A DNA stretch of 64,000 nucleotides from an uncultured virus (IMG/VR IMGVR_UViG_3300028564_000002). Its lineage: Duplodnaviria > Heunggongvirae > Uroviricota > Caudoviricetes. The translations under genes were made by a program, and so were the position numbers. The notes under the pieces are model-generated. The model was not told the DNA's origin. It did no database searches and saw only the letters and a list, made by a program, of their open reading frames with translations. Position 1 is the first letter of the stretch, and each line of letters begins with the position of its first letter. Below are positions 47,805 through 58,027 of this stretch, in pieces. Where the stretch lies: IMG/VR virus record IMGVR_UViG_3300028564_000002. The stretch is one strand, 5' to 3'.

Positions 47805-49660
47805 AAGTAGAACTTATTGGTTATACACATAAGCCTCTTTATGTATGTGCTGAGGCGGCAGCTGTCTGTTATAATAGTGAGCCTGACCTTAAAATTATAA
47901 AGGGTTGTATTCGTTCAGGACACCAGTCTGTTCTTGAACATTGCTCATTCACCTTTAAGGTAGAAGGAATTTCCCGTAGTTGCTTTGATAGAGAGACAGA
48001 AGTATTAACAAATAATGGATGGAAACATTTTTGTGATGTTGAAAATACAGACTTGATTTTTACAATAAATCAGGATACTCAAAAAGCAGAATTTCAGCCC
48101 ATCTTAAATCAGATTAAATATAAATATAATGGATTGATGCATTATTATAAATCTCAAAATATCGATTTGCTAGTAACACCAAATCATAACTTATATATGA
48201 AAAAATATGATGTAAGAGTTCCAGATAAATATCATCTATGTCCATCTGAGGACATAAAAGTGAAACGTTTTTATATGAAAAAGACTGTTAACTATGATAT
48301 AGAAGTTGATGATTATTTTACTATTCCAGGATACAGTTATTATAGAAAAAATAAAAATGGAGAGTTATATGAAAAAACGCTTTCCGATTTAAGACTCCCA
48401 AGAGATAATTTTTATAAATTATTAGCTTGGTATTTGGCAGAGGGAAGTACATATTATAATCAAAAAGAAAATTCTTATACTATTTCTATTAGTCAATTAA
48501 AAACTCAAAATATCGACCATATTATGGAAATAGTATCTAATTGTGGATTACGACCTTATTATGATGGAAAATCTATACGTTTTAAAAATATGGTTTTAGG
48601 AAAATATTTTTCTTCTTTAGGACTATCTTTAAACAAAAAAATTCCTTTTGATATTTTTACTAATTTTAATAAAAAACTATCAAAGATTTTTATAGATGAA
48701 TATATATTAGGAGATGGGACAATTCAAAAAGATAAAAGTGGAAAAATTTTTACTATTTCAAAAGAATTATCTGAACAAATTTATAATTTATGTTTTATTG
48801 CTGGATATACTGCCACTAATCATATTGATAATAGAGCAGGACAAAGTCATATATGGGATGGTCGAGAAATAAAACATAATTATCCTTGTTATATAATTAA
48901 TATTTCTATGACTGGAAAAAGAAATCATGAAATTGTGGTCAAAAAAGATTCTCACTTTTCAGAGATTCCTTTTAACGATTATGTCTATTGTATAGAGGTT
49001 CCTAATCATACTCTTTTTGTAAGAAGAAATGGAATTGCTTGTTGGTGTGGAAATTGTAGTCATCAGCTCGTGAGACACAGAATTGCTTCATATTCACAGC
49101 AAAGTCAGCGTTATGTAACCTATGATTCTGTTGACTGGGCTGTAGATGGATTAGAGTATGATGCGGTAGAACCAACCTTGCTTGCTTGCGCTGATGCTAT
49201 GACTGCTTATAAATCTATGATTGATAATGGAGTTAAGGCTGAAAATGCCAGAGCAGTATTGCCTAATGCTACTCCAACAACTATATATGTCACCATGAAT
49301 TTAAGGGCACTCATGCATTTTTGTAATGAGCGTATGTGTTCAAGAGCACAGACAGAAATTCGTAATGTTGCCATTGGTATGAAGAACGAAATCATGTGCG
49401 CAGAGTATATCACTACTGAAGAAAAAGAAATTATTGATACAGTTCTTGTTCCTAAATGCGCCGCAGGTCCTATTAAAGCCTGTCCTGAGGTCAAGGGATG
49501 CGGCAGATATAAGCCACTTAAAGAATTTGTATGGCGTCCAAAGGCAGAATGGCTTCACTATTATGCAGAGGGCGGCGGCGAAGAGTGTAGTATTTGTGGT
49601 TTTAGTGGTGGAATTAAAACATTTAAGTTCTGTCCTATGTGCGGTAGTGAGATGAGGTAA
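47801..49660 (+). CDS. thyX: FAD-dependent thymidylate synthase with an intein and a C-terminal Zn ribbon
   Basis: GHQSVLEH, SRS|CSHQLVRHRIASYSQQSQRY, ARAVLP and AQTEIR. Confidence 0.9.
   Translation: MKVELIGYTHKPLYVCAEAAAVCYNSEPDLKIIKGCIRSGHQSVLEHCSFTFKVEGISRSCFDRETEVLTNNGWKHFCDVENTDLIFTINQDTQKAEFQPILNQIKYKYNGLMHYYKSQNIDLLVTPNHNLYMKKYDVRVPDKYHLCPSEDIKVKRFYMKKTVNYDIEVDDYFTIPGYSYYRKNKNGELYEKTLSDLRLPRDNFYKLLAWYLAEGSTYYNQKENSYTISISQLKTQNIDHIMEIVSNCGLRPYYDGKSIRFKNMVLGKYFSSLGLSLNKKIPFDIFTNFNKKLSKIFIDEYILGDGTIQKDKSGKIFTISKELSEQIYNLCFIAGYTATNHIDNRAGQSHIWDGREIKHNYPCYIINISMTGKRNHEIVVKKDSHFSEIPFNDYVYCIEVPNHTLFVRRNGIACWCGNCSHQLVRHRIASYSQQSQRYVTYDSVDWAVDGLEYDAVEPTLLACADAMTAYKSMIDNGVKAENARAVLPNATPTTIYVTMNLRALMHFCNERMCSRAQTEIRNVAIGMKNEIMCAEYITTEEKEIIDTVLVPKCAAGPIKACPEVKGCGRYKPLKEFVWRPKAEWLHYYAEGGGEECSICGFSGGIKTFKFCPMCGSEMR
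47981..49054 (+). mobile_element. Intein with endonuclease domain in ThyX
   Basis: Begins CFDRETEVLT; block B VTPNH; AWYLAEGS and ILGDG; ends WCGN followed by Cys+1. Confidence 0.9.
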
Positions 49661-49665
49661 GGCTT

Positions 49666-50682
49666 ATGATTGTAGCAGTAATAATTGGAATAATAGCTAT
49701 TCTATTAATTCTCATCTACGCCATTCCTCGCATTAATAAATAGGTGGATAAGCCTGAATACTCTCAGACTTTCTTTGAACAGAAGAAGTTTATTTGTAAG
49801 AAGATGCGAGAGGAACAGCAAAAACTCGTAGAATAGAACAAGAAAGAAATTGACGACAGTCTTAAAGAATATGTCGCCAACTGTGATGCTAAGCGGTAGG
49901 CGGCATTGGACGAATTAGAACGTGCAAAACAAACTCTCCATGACTCAGAGGAATACTATGCTCGGCGTTTAAAAGAACTTGAACAGAAAACTTTTGACCT
50001 TGTTGACGAGGAATCAAAGAAGTAGGCATTGGAATTACAAGGCGTAGTAGACTTCTATCAAACTCGTAGACAAGAAATCTACAACGACTTTGAAGCTTTC
50101 CAAGAAAAAACTAATGCAAGACGTGAAGAATTGAATGAAGTTTTCAGAAGAGAAGAGGCTAAACAGCAGGAAATAATTGAGGGGTACAAGCGAGCTGAAC
50201 AAATAAAACAAGATAAAAACTTTTATCGCATTGTTCTCAATGAAGATGCTTAGGATGACGTAAAGAAATTACGTAAGATAGCCACTGACCTTCATGACCC
50301 AACTATTATCTACAAGCTTATCTACAAGACTTACTATGAAAAGCCATTCACTGAAATGGTTGGACGTGTTGTATCTAATGATGCAAGTGCTTGTGGTATC
50401 TACAAGATAACCAATTTTGAAAATGGACGTTGCTATATAGGTCAAACCAGATAGGCTTTTAAAGAACGTTGGCGTACCCATTTGAAAAGAGGAGTTCGTG
50501 CCGAAGCAGGTACAGCTAATAAACTTTATCAGGCTATGTGGGAAGAAGGAGCAGAAAACTTTACTTTTGAAGTTTTAGCGCAATGCTCCGCCGCCGAACT
50601 CAATGCGAAAGAAAAAGAATACATTGCTCTATACCATGCTGATACTTGGGGATACAATGGTAATAGCGGTATCGGAACATAA
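49666..50682 (+). CDS. Protein with a TM anchor, coiled coil and C-terminal GIY-YIG nuclease domain
   Basis: TAG-joined frame; CGIYKITNFENGRCYIGQT...ERWRTH...EKEYI...GYN. Confidence 0.75.
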
Positions 50683-50709
50683 TGGATTTTATTTTGAGGA
50701 GGAATATTT

Positions 50710-51042
50710 ATGACTAAATTTTTCATTTCACAATCAATGAGAGGTTTATCACAAAAAGAGATTAAGGAGCGTCGTGAGTTTCTTACTGATTTAATTGCAG
50801 ATAACTTTAGTGGAGCTATTGTTCTCGACTCTTTCTTAGAAGGAGCAAAGGACGTTGACCCATTGGTTTGTCTTGGTCATGCTATCACTATTATGTCAAA
50901 AGCAGACGCAGTTGTATTTGATACTGGTTGGCTTGAGGCACGTGGCTGTAAAATTGAATATGAAATTGCAAAGGCTTATGGTAAACAGATTTATTTTGTC
51001 ATTGACGATGAAGGTCCTGCTTTCCTTGCACCCGAAAAGTAA
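50710..51042 (+). CDS. DUF4406-like (nucleoside deoxyribosyltransferase fold) protein
   Basis: FISQSMRG, ADAV and GWLEARGCKIEYEIA. Confidence 0.7.
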   Translation: MTKFFISQSMRGLSQKEIKERREFLTDLIADNFSGAIVLDSFLEGAKDVDPLVCLGHAITIMSKADAVVFDTGWLEARGCKIEYEIAKAYGKQIYFVIDDEGPAFLAPEK

Positions 51043-51231
51043 TATTAGCACTCCCTTTTATAGGGGGTGCTTTATTTTATTATATGGAGATAAAATATTC
51101 CAATCCCATTAGAAATTTGGGAAATACTTTTTTAGATTTTTGCCCGTTTAATTTTACCTAAATTAAGAGAGAATATCTCTCATTGGGCGGCTTAAGGAGT
51201 CCAATTATTTTTATAAAACGAGGTGAATTAA

Positions 51232-51918
51232 ATGAGCACTTACAAAATGACAGGTCCTGGCGGCTTAGATTGCGCTATTCCACGTCCAAAGAGACCGTTT
51301 CCACCAGTTCCTCCTCCACCACCTGTTCCACCATGTCCTCCACTTCCAGATTGGGAGGTTTATCCATACTACCCACCATATCCAGAGATGGATGCTGAGC
51401 CAGTGCCAACTCCTCCAATTCCAGGAAGACACCCTCATCCATTCCCACCAATTCCACCACATCCTCCAATTCCACCACATCCTCCAATTCCTCCATATCC
51501 ACCACCAAAGCCTGAGAAGGTTGATGAATGCTCAAAGAAGCTTGCTAAACTTACTCAGAAGACTAAGGTGCTTGTTCAGATGATTAAGGACTTTGAGAAT
51601 AAGAATCGTCCAGTAATCGTTACAATCGGTCCTAATAGCTATTCATTCGGCACTGAAAACATTACTGATTTCCATGGTGACCCAGCTAAGGGTATGTATG
51701 CAAACATTGTTTGTGGTGACCCAATTGAGGACTTCCAGCCAGAAGAGATTGAGATTGATGACACTAATACTCGTGTTTCTGTTAAGAATCCAGTTGACCT
51801 TCTTCAGACAGAACTTGCAAGAGTTCGTAAGGAAATCACACTTGTAGCAGCAGCTATTAATGATGAAATTTCTGGTGAGAACGAAATCTCTAATAACGGT
51901 GTTCCCGGAATAGAATGA
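51232..51918 (+). CDS. Proline-rich hypothetical protein
   Basis: PPIPPH repeats followed by a coiled coil. Confidence 0.65.
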   Translation: MSTYKMTGPGGLDCAIPRPKRPFPPVPPPPPVPPCPPLPDWEVYPYYPPYPEMDAEPVPTPPIPGRHPHPFPPIPPHPPIPPHPPIPPYPPPKPEKVDECSKKLAKLTQKTKVLVQMIKDFENKNRPVIVTIGPNSYSFGTENITDFHGDPAKGMYANIVCGDPIEDFQPEEIEIDDTNTRVSVKNPVDLLQTELARVRKEITLVAAAINDEISGENEISNNGVPGIE

Positions 51919-51943
51919 AAATCACTAATTTGATTTAATTCAA

Positions 51944-51969
51944 AGGAAGGCTTTGTGCCTTCCTTTTTT
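51944..51969 (+). terminator. Intrinsic terminator
   Basis: GGAAGGC-TTTGT-GCCTTCC followed by a T tract. Confidence 0.7.
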
Positions 51970-52040
51970 GTTTAGTTATTGACTTTTTAAATAATTTTTG
52001 TTATAATATTATTGTAATAAAGATTAAGGAGGAAATATAA

Positions 52041-52295
52041 ATGAGAAATAAGTTAAATATTGTTGGCGAAAGAGATGCTATGGCTTTTTGCATTGCTGCT
52101 TCAAAGTGTATAGGTGAGGTAATGCTTGTTGACGAGAATCGCAGACAGTGCGTAAACGGCAAGTCCATCATGGGTTGTACGCTCGCTATGACCGAGTGGA
52201 AGGAAATTTGGGTCGAGACAGAGAACGATTGCTATTCAGCTCTCGAAGAGTGGATAGAAGTCGCTGCTGACGATGGCGCTTTTGTTCACGAATAA
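52041..52295 (+). CDS. HPr-like protein
   Basis: VNGKSIMG motif and HPr-like size. Confidence 0.6.
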   Translation: MRNKLNIVGERDAMAFCIAASKCIGEVMLVDENRRQCVNGKSIMGCTLAMTEWKEIWVETENDCYSALEEWIEVAADDGAFVHE

Positions 52296-52365
52296 TTTCG
52301 ATTGTCGTTCTGGTCATAATAGTTTTCGTACAATTTTTTAAAACTTTGCCAAAGGAGTGAGAAAA

Positions 52366-53157
52366 ATGATAGGCGCAATCGTAGGGGACGTGGTCGGTTC
52401 TCGATTTGAGTACCATAATCACAGAGATAAAGAGTTCCCGTTATTTACAGATAGCTGTAAAGTAACGGATGATAGCATCATGACAACTGCCATAGCCATT
52501 GCCGTCATGGATTACAAAGAACATGGACGGCCACTGGACAAGGCGGCAGTTCATTGGATGCGTAGAATAGGATAGCCATATAAAAACGCAGGATACGGCG
52601 GCAGATTTGCACAGTGGATGTATAGTTCTGACCCAAAACCTTATAATAGCTTTGGCAATGGTGCTGCTATGAGAGTATCGGCTTGTGCTTGGGCGGCAGA
52701 TACAATGTTTGATGCAATTGAAATGAGTGATGAAGTTACAAAGGTAACTCATAATCATCCCGAAGGAATAAAGGGAGCAAGAGCTGTTACTGCGGCAATT
52801 TTCATGGCAAGAACAGGGTGTTCAAAGGACGAGATTTATGAGTTCATTGACCAAAATTATTACTCATTAGATAAATCTGTTAATAAAATTCGGGAGACTT
52901 TACAGTTCGATGAAACTTGTCAGGTGACTGTTCCAGTTGCTATACAGTGTTTCTATGAGTCAGAAGATTTTGAGGACTGTCTGCGTTTGGCTATTTCTGT
53001 CGGTGGAGATTCAGATACTATCGCCGCCATAGCTTGTAGTATTGCCGAAGCATACTATGGAGTTCCAGAGAATATAAGAGAAAAAGTTTTAACTTTTGTT
53101 CCACAGCAACTTAAAGATATTTTATTCAGATTTGAGGAGATTTATGAAGAAGAATAA
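52366..53157 (+). CDS. ADP-ribosylglycohydrolase (DraG/ARH family)
   Basis: GAIVGDVVGS, TDDS, GNGAAMR, THNHP and GGDSDT; joined through TAG 52573. Confidence 0.9.
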
Positions 53158-53557
53158 GATTACTTTAAAAAGAGTAGTTAATAGCTATAAACCCAGTTGG
53201 AAAACAACTCCGGGTGTCGGCTCAGAAGAGTTTTATAAGAAGTGGGGTTTTCACTATGAAGACCTTTGGAATCTTGATGCTGAATCAGCATACTATCTTG
53301 CTGTAAGGCTTACGCTTTATCGTGATTCTCAGAGCGGACTTCCAACAACAATTCTTTCCCATTATGGCGCGAACTGGGAAACCAGAACAGCCGAACAGGA
53401 AAGAAAAGCCAGTAAGGCTTGGCGTACAATACTTAATAAGATGATATTAGGGTTCTATCTTTATGCATCTGTATTTAACCCTGATGATAAACAAGAAAAA
53501 ATAATTAACAAAGCATATAAACTTTTTGCTGAATGGCATGAGTCGCTTTGGGATTAA
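53143..53557 (+). CDS. Hypothetical protein
   Basis: ORF with RBS; DLWNLD...LWD. Confidence 0.55.
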
Positions 53558-53570
53558 AGGAGGAAAATAA

Positions 53571-53844
53571 AATGGGAAATGAAAAGGAAATGTATCCAAA
53601 GGCAAATTTCAGAATGAAGGTAACTTTACTTGAAAAGCAGGACGGCGGCGAAGGACTTAAGGTTGTAGCCTCTAAATGGGTTAAGGGAAATGGTAAGGAG
53701 TTCCGTGAATCTATTAAAGAGGACAGAGCGAATGGTGCTGAGAGAACAATTGAAATTGTTGATAGAGCACCAGAGAAGTTTAAGATAAATCAGATTTATA
53801 TGCTGAGAGACCGCAACGTTGTTTGGGTTTACACTGAAGCCTAA
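53571..53844 (+). CDS. Hypothetical protein
   Basis: Strong RBS; followed by a terminator hairpin at about 53851-53878. Confidence 0.55.
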
Positions 53845-54040
53845 TAAAATTCTGCCCCTTTGAGGGCAGATTTTTTTCTCAGAGAAAAATTTGACTTTTG
53901 AAAAAATTTATGATATAATCGCGCGCGCGCCCGCCTATTTAAATAGTATAAAAGCAAAGAATTTTTCTTTGAGAAAAAATTGACTTTTATAAAAAATTAT
54001 TATATAATAAATACAGAAATTCAGAAAGGAGTTAAAACGA

Positions 54041-54526
54041 ATGTATACGATACCACTTCAGATTCATGAACAGGGAGGTACTGATTATTCTTTTACAGAT
54101 ATGGACACCTTCTTAGAGACAAGAGAATCAAGAGAATATCTTTTCAATGCACAAGAGGTTCAAGACGAGATTGAATCTTACATCTTCGACGCTATCGTAT
54201 GGGTAGCTGAGAACAACAAGCGTCCAAAAGATGATAAATTAAGCTGGGATGAATGTCCTTATCCTCTTGATTTTGTTCAGGAGTTAATGGAATGGACAGA
54301 CTTTATTTACAACTCGGATGATGACATCCTTGACGATTATGACCTTTATAAGGGTTGGGAAGCTTTAACAAGAATTTACTATAACCCTAAAAACAAGAAG
54401 TATTACGGCGTGCCATACACAAGAAGTGGCTATGGCGATTCCGATTGGTATATTGCAGATTTCTGTGAAGCCGTCGCAAAAGAAAGAATTGAAAAATATT
54501 ACGCTCTCCTTGATGGAGAAGAATGA
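54041..54526 (+). CDS. Acidic hypothetical protein
   Basis: Downstream of tandem promoters at 53891 and 53980. Confidence 0.6.
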   Translation: MYTIPLQIHEQGGTDYSFTDMDTFLETRESREYLFNAQEVQDEIESYIFDAIVWVAENNKRPKDDKLSWDECPYPLDFVQELMEWTDFIYNSDDDILDDYDLYKGWEALTRIYYNPKNKKYYGVPYTRSGYGDSDWYIADFCEAVAKERIEKYYALLDGEE

Positions 54527-54535
54527 GAGGTCTAT

Positions 54536-55044
54536 ATGGAACAGCTTATTAAAAAGTTTGAATACAAGGATAAGGTATTACTACCATAGAAGAGATTTAT
54601 GAGTATGATAGTAAAGTCTTTCAAGAGTGGCGAGATGCTGGCTTTATCAAAGGAACTGAAAAAGAAGAATTTGAAGAGGCTACTGACCGCTATATGCTCG
54701 ATGTGCTCCGTTCAATTATATTCGACCCCGAACAAGACTTTGAGACAGACGAAGAGGCGAATGCCGCTTATGAAGAATCTATTGACCTTGGTCGTCAATT
54801 CTTAAAACTTGCATATGAACTTGACTTTTGGGACTATGCAGAAAAGACAGCTGATGGCACAGACCTTGATGACAGTTATATGGACGTAACCTATTACTTT
54901 AAGGACTACAAGGAAGAGAATCTTTACTTTGCTTTCAGTGGCAGAGAAACTCCTTGGACAAGTTATGATGAACATGACTATACTTTTTGGGCGGCGAAGC
55001 GTGTTCCAGTAACCACATATGAATATGTTTCTTATGATAAATAA
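54536..55044 (+). pseudogene. Acidic hypothetical protein, apparently frameshifted near 54573
   Basis: The ATG 54536 frame differs from the long frame that opens at 54574. Confidence 0.45.
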
Positions 55045-55128
55045 ATTTTAAATAAAGAAAATTTGACTTTTTAAAAAATCTTTGATATAATATATATAGA
55101 AAATCAAAAAGAAAAGGAATGATGCTTG

Positions 55129-56052
55129 ATGATGTTAAAAAAGTATGTTGATATCGAGCGTCTTAAGGATAAGTACGCTGAGGCTTTCAAGGCAGGAGAG
55201 CATATTACAATCACAGAGAAGATTGATGGTGCAAATGCATCCATCTCTGCAAACGAGGATGGCACACTTTCTTGTTTCTCAAGAAGACAGGAGCTGAGTG
55301 CTGAGAACGGTCTTCAGGGTTTCTACAACTACGTTCAGACTCTTGACCCAACTATTATCTCAGCTACACTTGGCACAAGATACATCTTTTTCGGTGAGTG
55401 GAATTGTAAGCATACAATCGTATACCCTGAGAGCCGCCTTAAGCAGTTCTACGTATTCGATGTATGGGACACTGAGATTGAGCAGTACCTCCCTTGGGAG
55501 CAGACTAAGCAGATGGCAGAGTTCTGCGGTCTGAAGATGGTTCCGCTCTTCTACGACGGTCCTTTCACATCTTGGGAGGATATCTACAAGTTCGTAGGTA
55601 AGACTGAGATGGAGGGTAGTCCTACTGGTGAGGGTATCGTCATCAAGTCACAGGACCGTCTTGACAATAAGTCAAGCAGAACACCTGCATACGTAAAGAT
55701 TGTCGCAAAGGAGTTCTCTGAGGTTCACCAGTCTAAGCCACAGAAGGAGATTGACCCAGAGAAGCTTGCCAAGAAGCAGGCTGATGAGGCTCTCGCTGCA
55801 ACAATCGTAACTGAACGAAGGGCGGAAAAAACTTTGGAAAAACTTATTGACGATACTCTTTTAAAACCTGACTGGGATGAGCATGATTTAGGCTATCTTG
55901 CTAAAACCGCACCTAAATTGGTATATGAAGATTGTAGAAAAGAGGAGCCTGAAATTGTAAATGCCATTGAAAACTTTGGAAAAATTTGTGCTAAATTAAC
56001 TATGGCTCATATCCGCAACATTCTTCTTAATAAAAGCTCAGAAATTATTTGA
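55129..56052 (+). CDS. Rnl2-family RNA ligase
   Basis: TEKIDGAN, FGEW, FYVFDV, EGIVIK and KIV. Confidence 0.85.
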   Translation: MMLKKYVDIERLKDKYAEAFKAGEHITITEKIDGANASISANEDGTLSCFSRRQELSAENGLQGFYNYVQTLDPTIISATLGTRYIFFGEWNCKHTIVYPESRLKQFYVFDVWDTEIEQYLPWEQTKQMAEFCGLKMVPLFYDGPFTSWEDIYKFVGKTEMEGSPTGEGIVIKSQDRLDNKSSRTPAYVKIVAKEFSEVHQSKPQKEIDPEKLAKKQADEALAATIVTERRAEKTLEKLIDDTLLKPDWDEHDLGYLAKTAPKLVYEDCRKEEPEIVNAIENFGKICAKLTMAHIRNILLNKSSEII

Positions 56053-56094
56053 GGATAAAATAATAATTTCTACATCTTTATTGAGGTGATAAGA

Positions 56095-57009
56095 ATGGGA
56101 AAATTTATTGATTTGACTGGATAGATATTTGGCGATTTAACTGTCATTGAAAGAGATACAACTGTTGCCGCAAGAGAAGCATATTGGAAATGTCGCTGTA
56201 GTTGCGGAAATATAATTTCGACAAGAGGGAGCACCCTTAGAGGTGGAAAAGCTACTTCCTGTGGATGTATGTCTGGTAAGAAAGCTGGCGAAAAAATGAC
56301 AAAAGATTTAACTGGTTAGACTTTTGGCGAACTAACAGTTTTATAGAAAGATGAAACTAACACTCAAAAAGGAGCATTTTGGATTTGTAAATGTTCTTGT
56401 GGGACAATAAAAACTATAAATGGTTCATCTCTTCGCCGCGGTGCCACCAAGAGTTGTGGATGTAAGTCTGCGCTTTTTGAAAGTCAAAAATATTATAAAG
56501 AAGATTTAAGCGGTGAAGTTTTTGGACGTTGGTAGGTTATAAAAAGAGATGAGGAAAATCATTTAGGACAAGGGGCTTATTGGCTTTGTCAATGTTCTTG
56601 TGGGACAGCGAAATCAGTAAGAGAAACAAACCTTAAAAACGGAAAGAGCTTATCTTGTGGATGTTTACAATCTCGTGGCGAATGGCTGATTTCTAATTGT
56701 TTAAAAGAACTTGGCTATGATTATAAATCTTAGTATAGTTTCCCTGAGCTGTTAGGAGATTATCTTCCATTACGATTTGATTTTGCTATATTTGATAATG
56801 ATACTATTTTAGCTTTAATAGAATATTAGGGAGAACAGCATTATCAAAACAGAGAATTTTTTGAAACGCATTAGTCTTTTGAAAAAAGGCAAGAATATGA
56901 TTAGAGAAAAAGAGATTATTGTAAAAATAATAATTTAACTTTAATTGAAATTCCGTATTGGGATTATAATAAAATTAACAAAGAGTATATTTCACATCTT
57001 ATTAAGTAA
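56095..57009 (+). CDS. Free-standing homing endonuclease: three Zn-binding repeats plus a PD-(D/E)xK domain, missed by the ORF track
   Basis: Three copies of DLTGxxFGxLxV...WxCxCSCG...SCGC, then SRGE, RFDFAIF, IEY(TAG)GEQHY and IEIPYW; many TAGs. Confidence 0.8.
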
Positions 57010-57022
57010 GGAGGAAGAAATA

Positions 57023-57172
57023 ATCGACCTCGGTGTAATCGCAAAGCATCTCCCTCGTGCAGTTTACAATGACTGTGTAAAGGAGGAATCCGAGACAGTT
57101 GAGCAGATTGAGAACTTCGGCAAGATTTGCGGCGCTCTCTCAATGAAGCTTGCAAGAGGTCTTATCAAGTGA
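57023..57172 (+). pseudogene. Displaced duplicate 3' end of the RNA ligase gene
   Basis: DLGVIAKHLPRAVYNDCVKEESETVEQIENFGKIC matches the ligase segment DLGYLAKTAPKLVYEDCRKEEPEIVNAIENFGKIC. Confidence 0.8.
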
Positions 57173-57291
57173 TATTTGACGTAGACATTGCATTAGAATT
57201 AAAAGAATAGTTTGAGAAGGAGTTACTTGCCAACGCTATAGAACTCCTTCCTCCTACAAATAAAACAACAAATACTATGGAGGAAAAAAGT

Positions 57292-57897
57292 ATGACAAAT
57301 GATTTCATGAAGGGTATGTTCGGTGCACTCGGTAAGGGTATGTGCAAGATAACATTGGATGGCGGCATCGCTGTAAAGACTTCTGACGGATATAAGACTT
57401 ATGATAAGACAAGCGGTTCTTTTATAAATTGTGATAGCTTCTGCTTTGGCGGACTTGACGAAATGTTTTTCGTAGTTCCTACTAACGCAGTTGCAGAGGG
57501 CGATATAATTTTTGCTAAGGGTAAGCCTCGTTATGTTCTCAAGGTGGATACTAATACTATCACTGTAATCAACTACGAAAATGCTACGGTAGAGACTATC
57601 CTTCCTGAGCGTCACATTTTTATGGGTAATACCTACTTCTACGGCAAGATTGTATCTATGTTCGGCAATGGCGACAATCTTACAGGCGGAGCTGGAGCAC
57701 AGAACATCATGAAGTACATGATGATGAGCCAGATGTGCAAGAACATGGGCGGCGGAGATATGAACCCTATGATGATGATGATGTTTATGAACGGCGGCGG
57801 ATTTGGAGATGTGTTCAATAACATTTTCAGTGCCATGACACCTCCAACTCTTGCACCTAAGACAACTGAGACTGAGACTGATAAGGAGGATAAGTAA
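57292..57897 (+). CDS. Hypothetical protein with a Met/Gly-rich C-terminus
   Basis: GGAGG RBS; NPMMMMMFM. Confidence 0.65.
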   Translation: MTNDFMKGMFGALGKGMCKITLDGGIAVKTSDGYKTYDKTSGSFINCDSFCFGGLDEMFFVVPTNAVAEGDIIFAKGKPRYVLKVDTNTITVINYENATVETILPERHIFMGNTYFYGKIVSMFGNGDNLTGGAGAQNIMKYMMMSQMCKNMGGGDMNPMMMMMFMNGGGFGDVFNNIFSAMTPPTLAPKTTETETDKEDK

Positions 57898-58027
57898 TTA
57901 TGGGTATGCCAAGTTTTACAGATAAGGACTTCACAACTTATAGCACAGAATCGCTGTTTCATGGCGACGAAAACATGGAAGCTGAAATGGTCTATGCAGA
58001 CCATGATGATGAGGAGATAACTGACTA

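Noticed and set aside
53920..53931. (CG)n run between tandem promoters
   Set aside because: A single short low-complexity tract with no supportable function.
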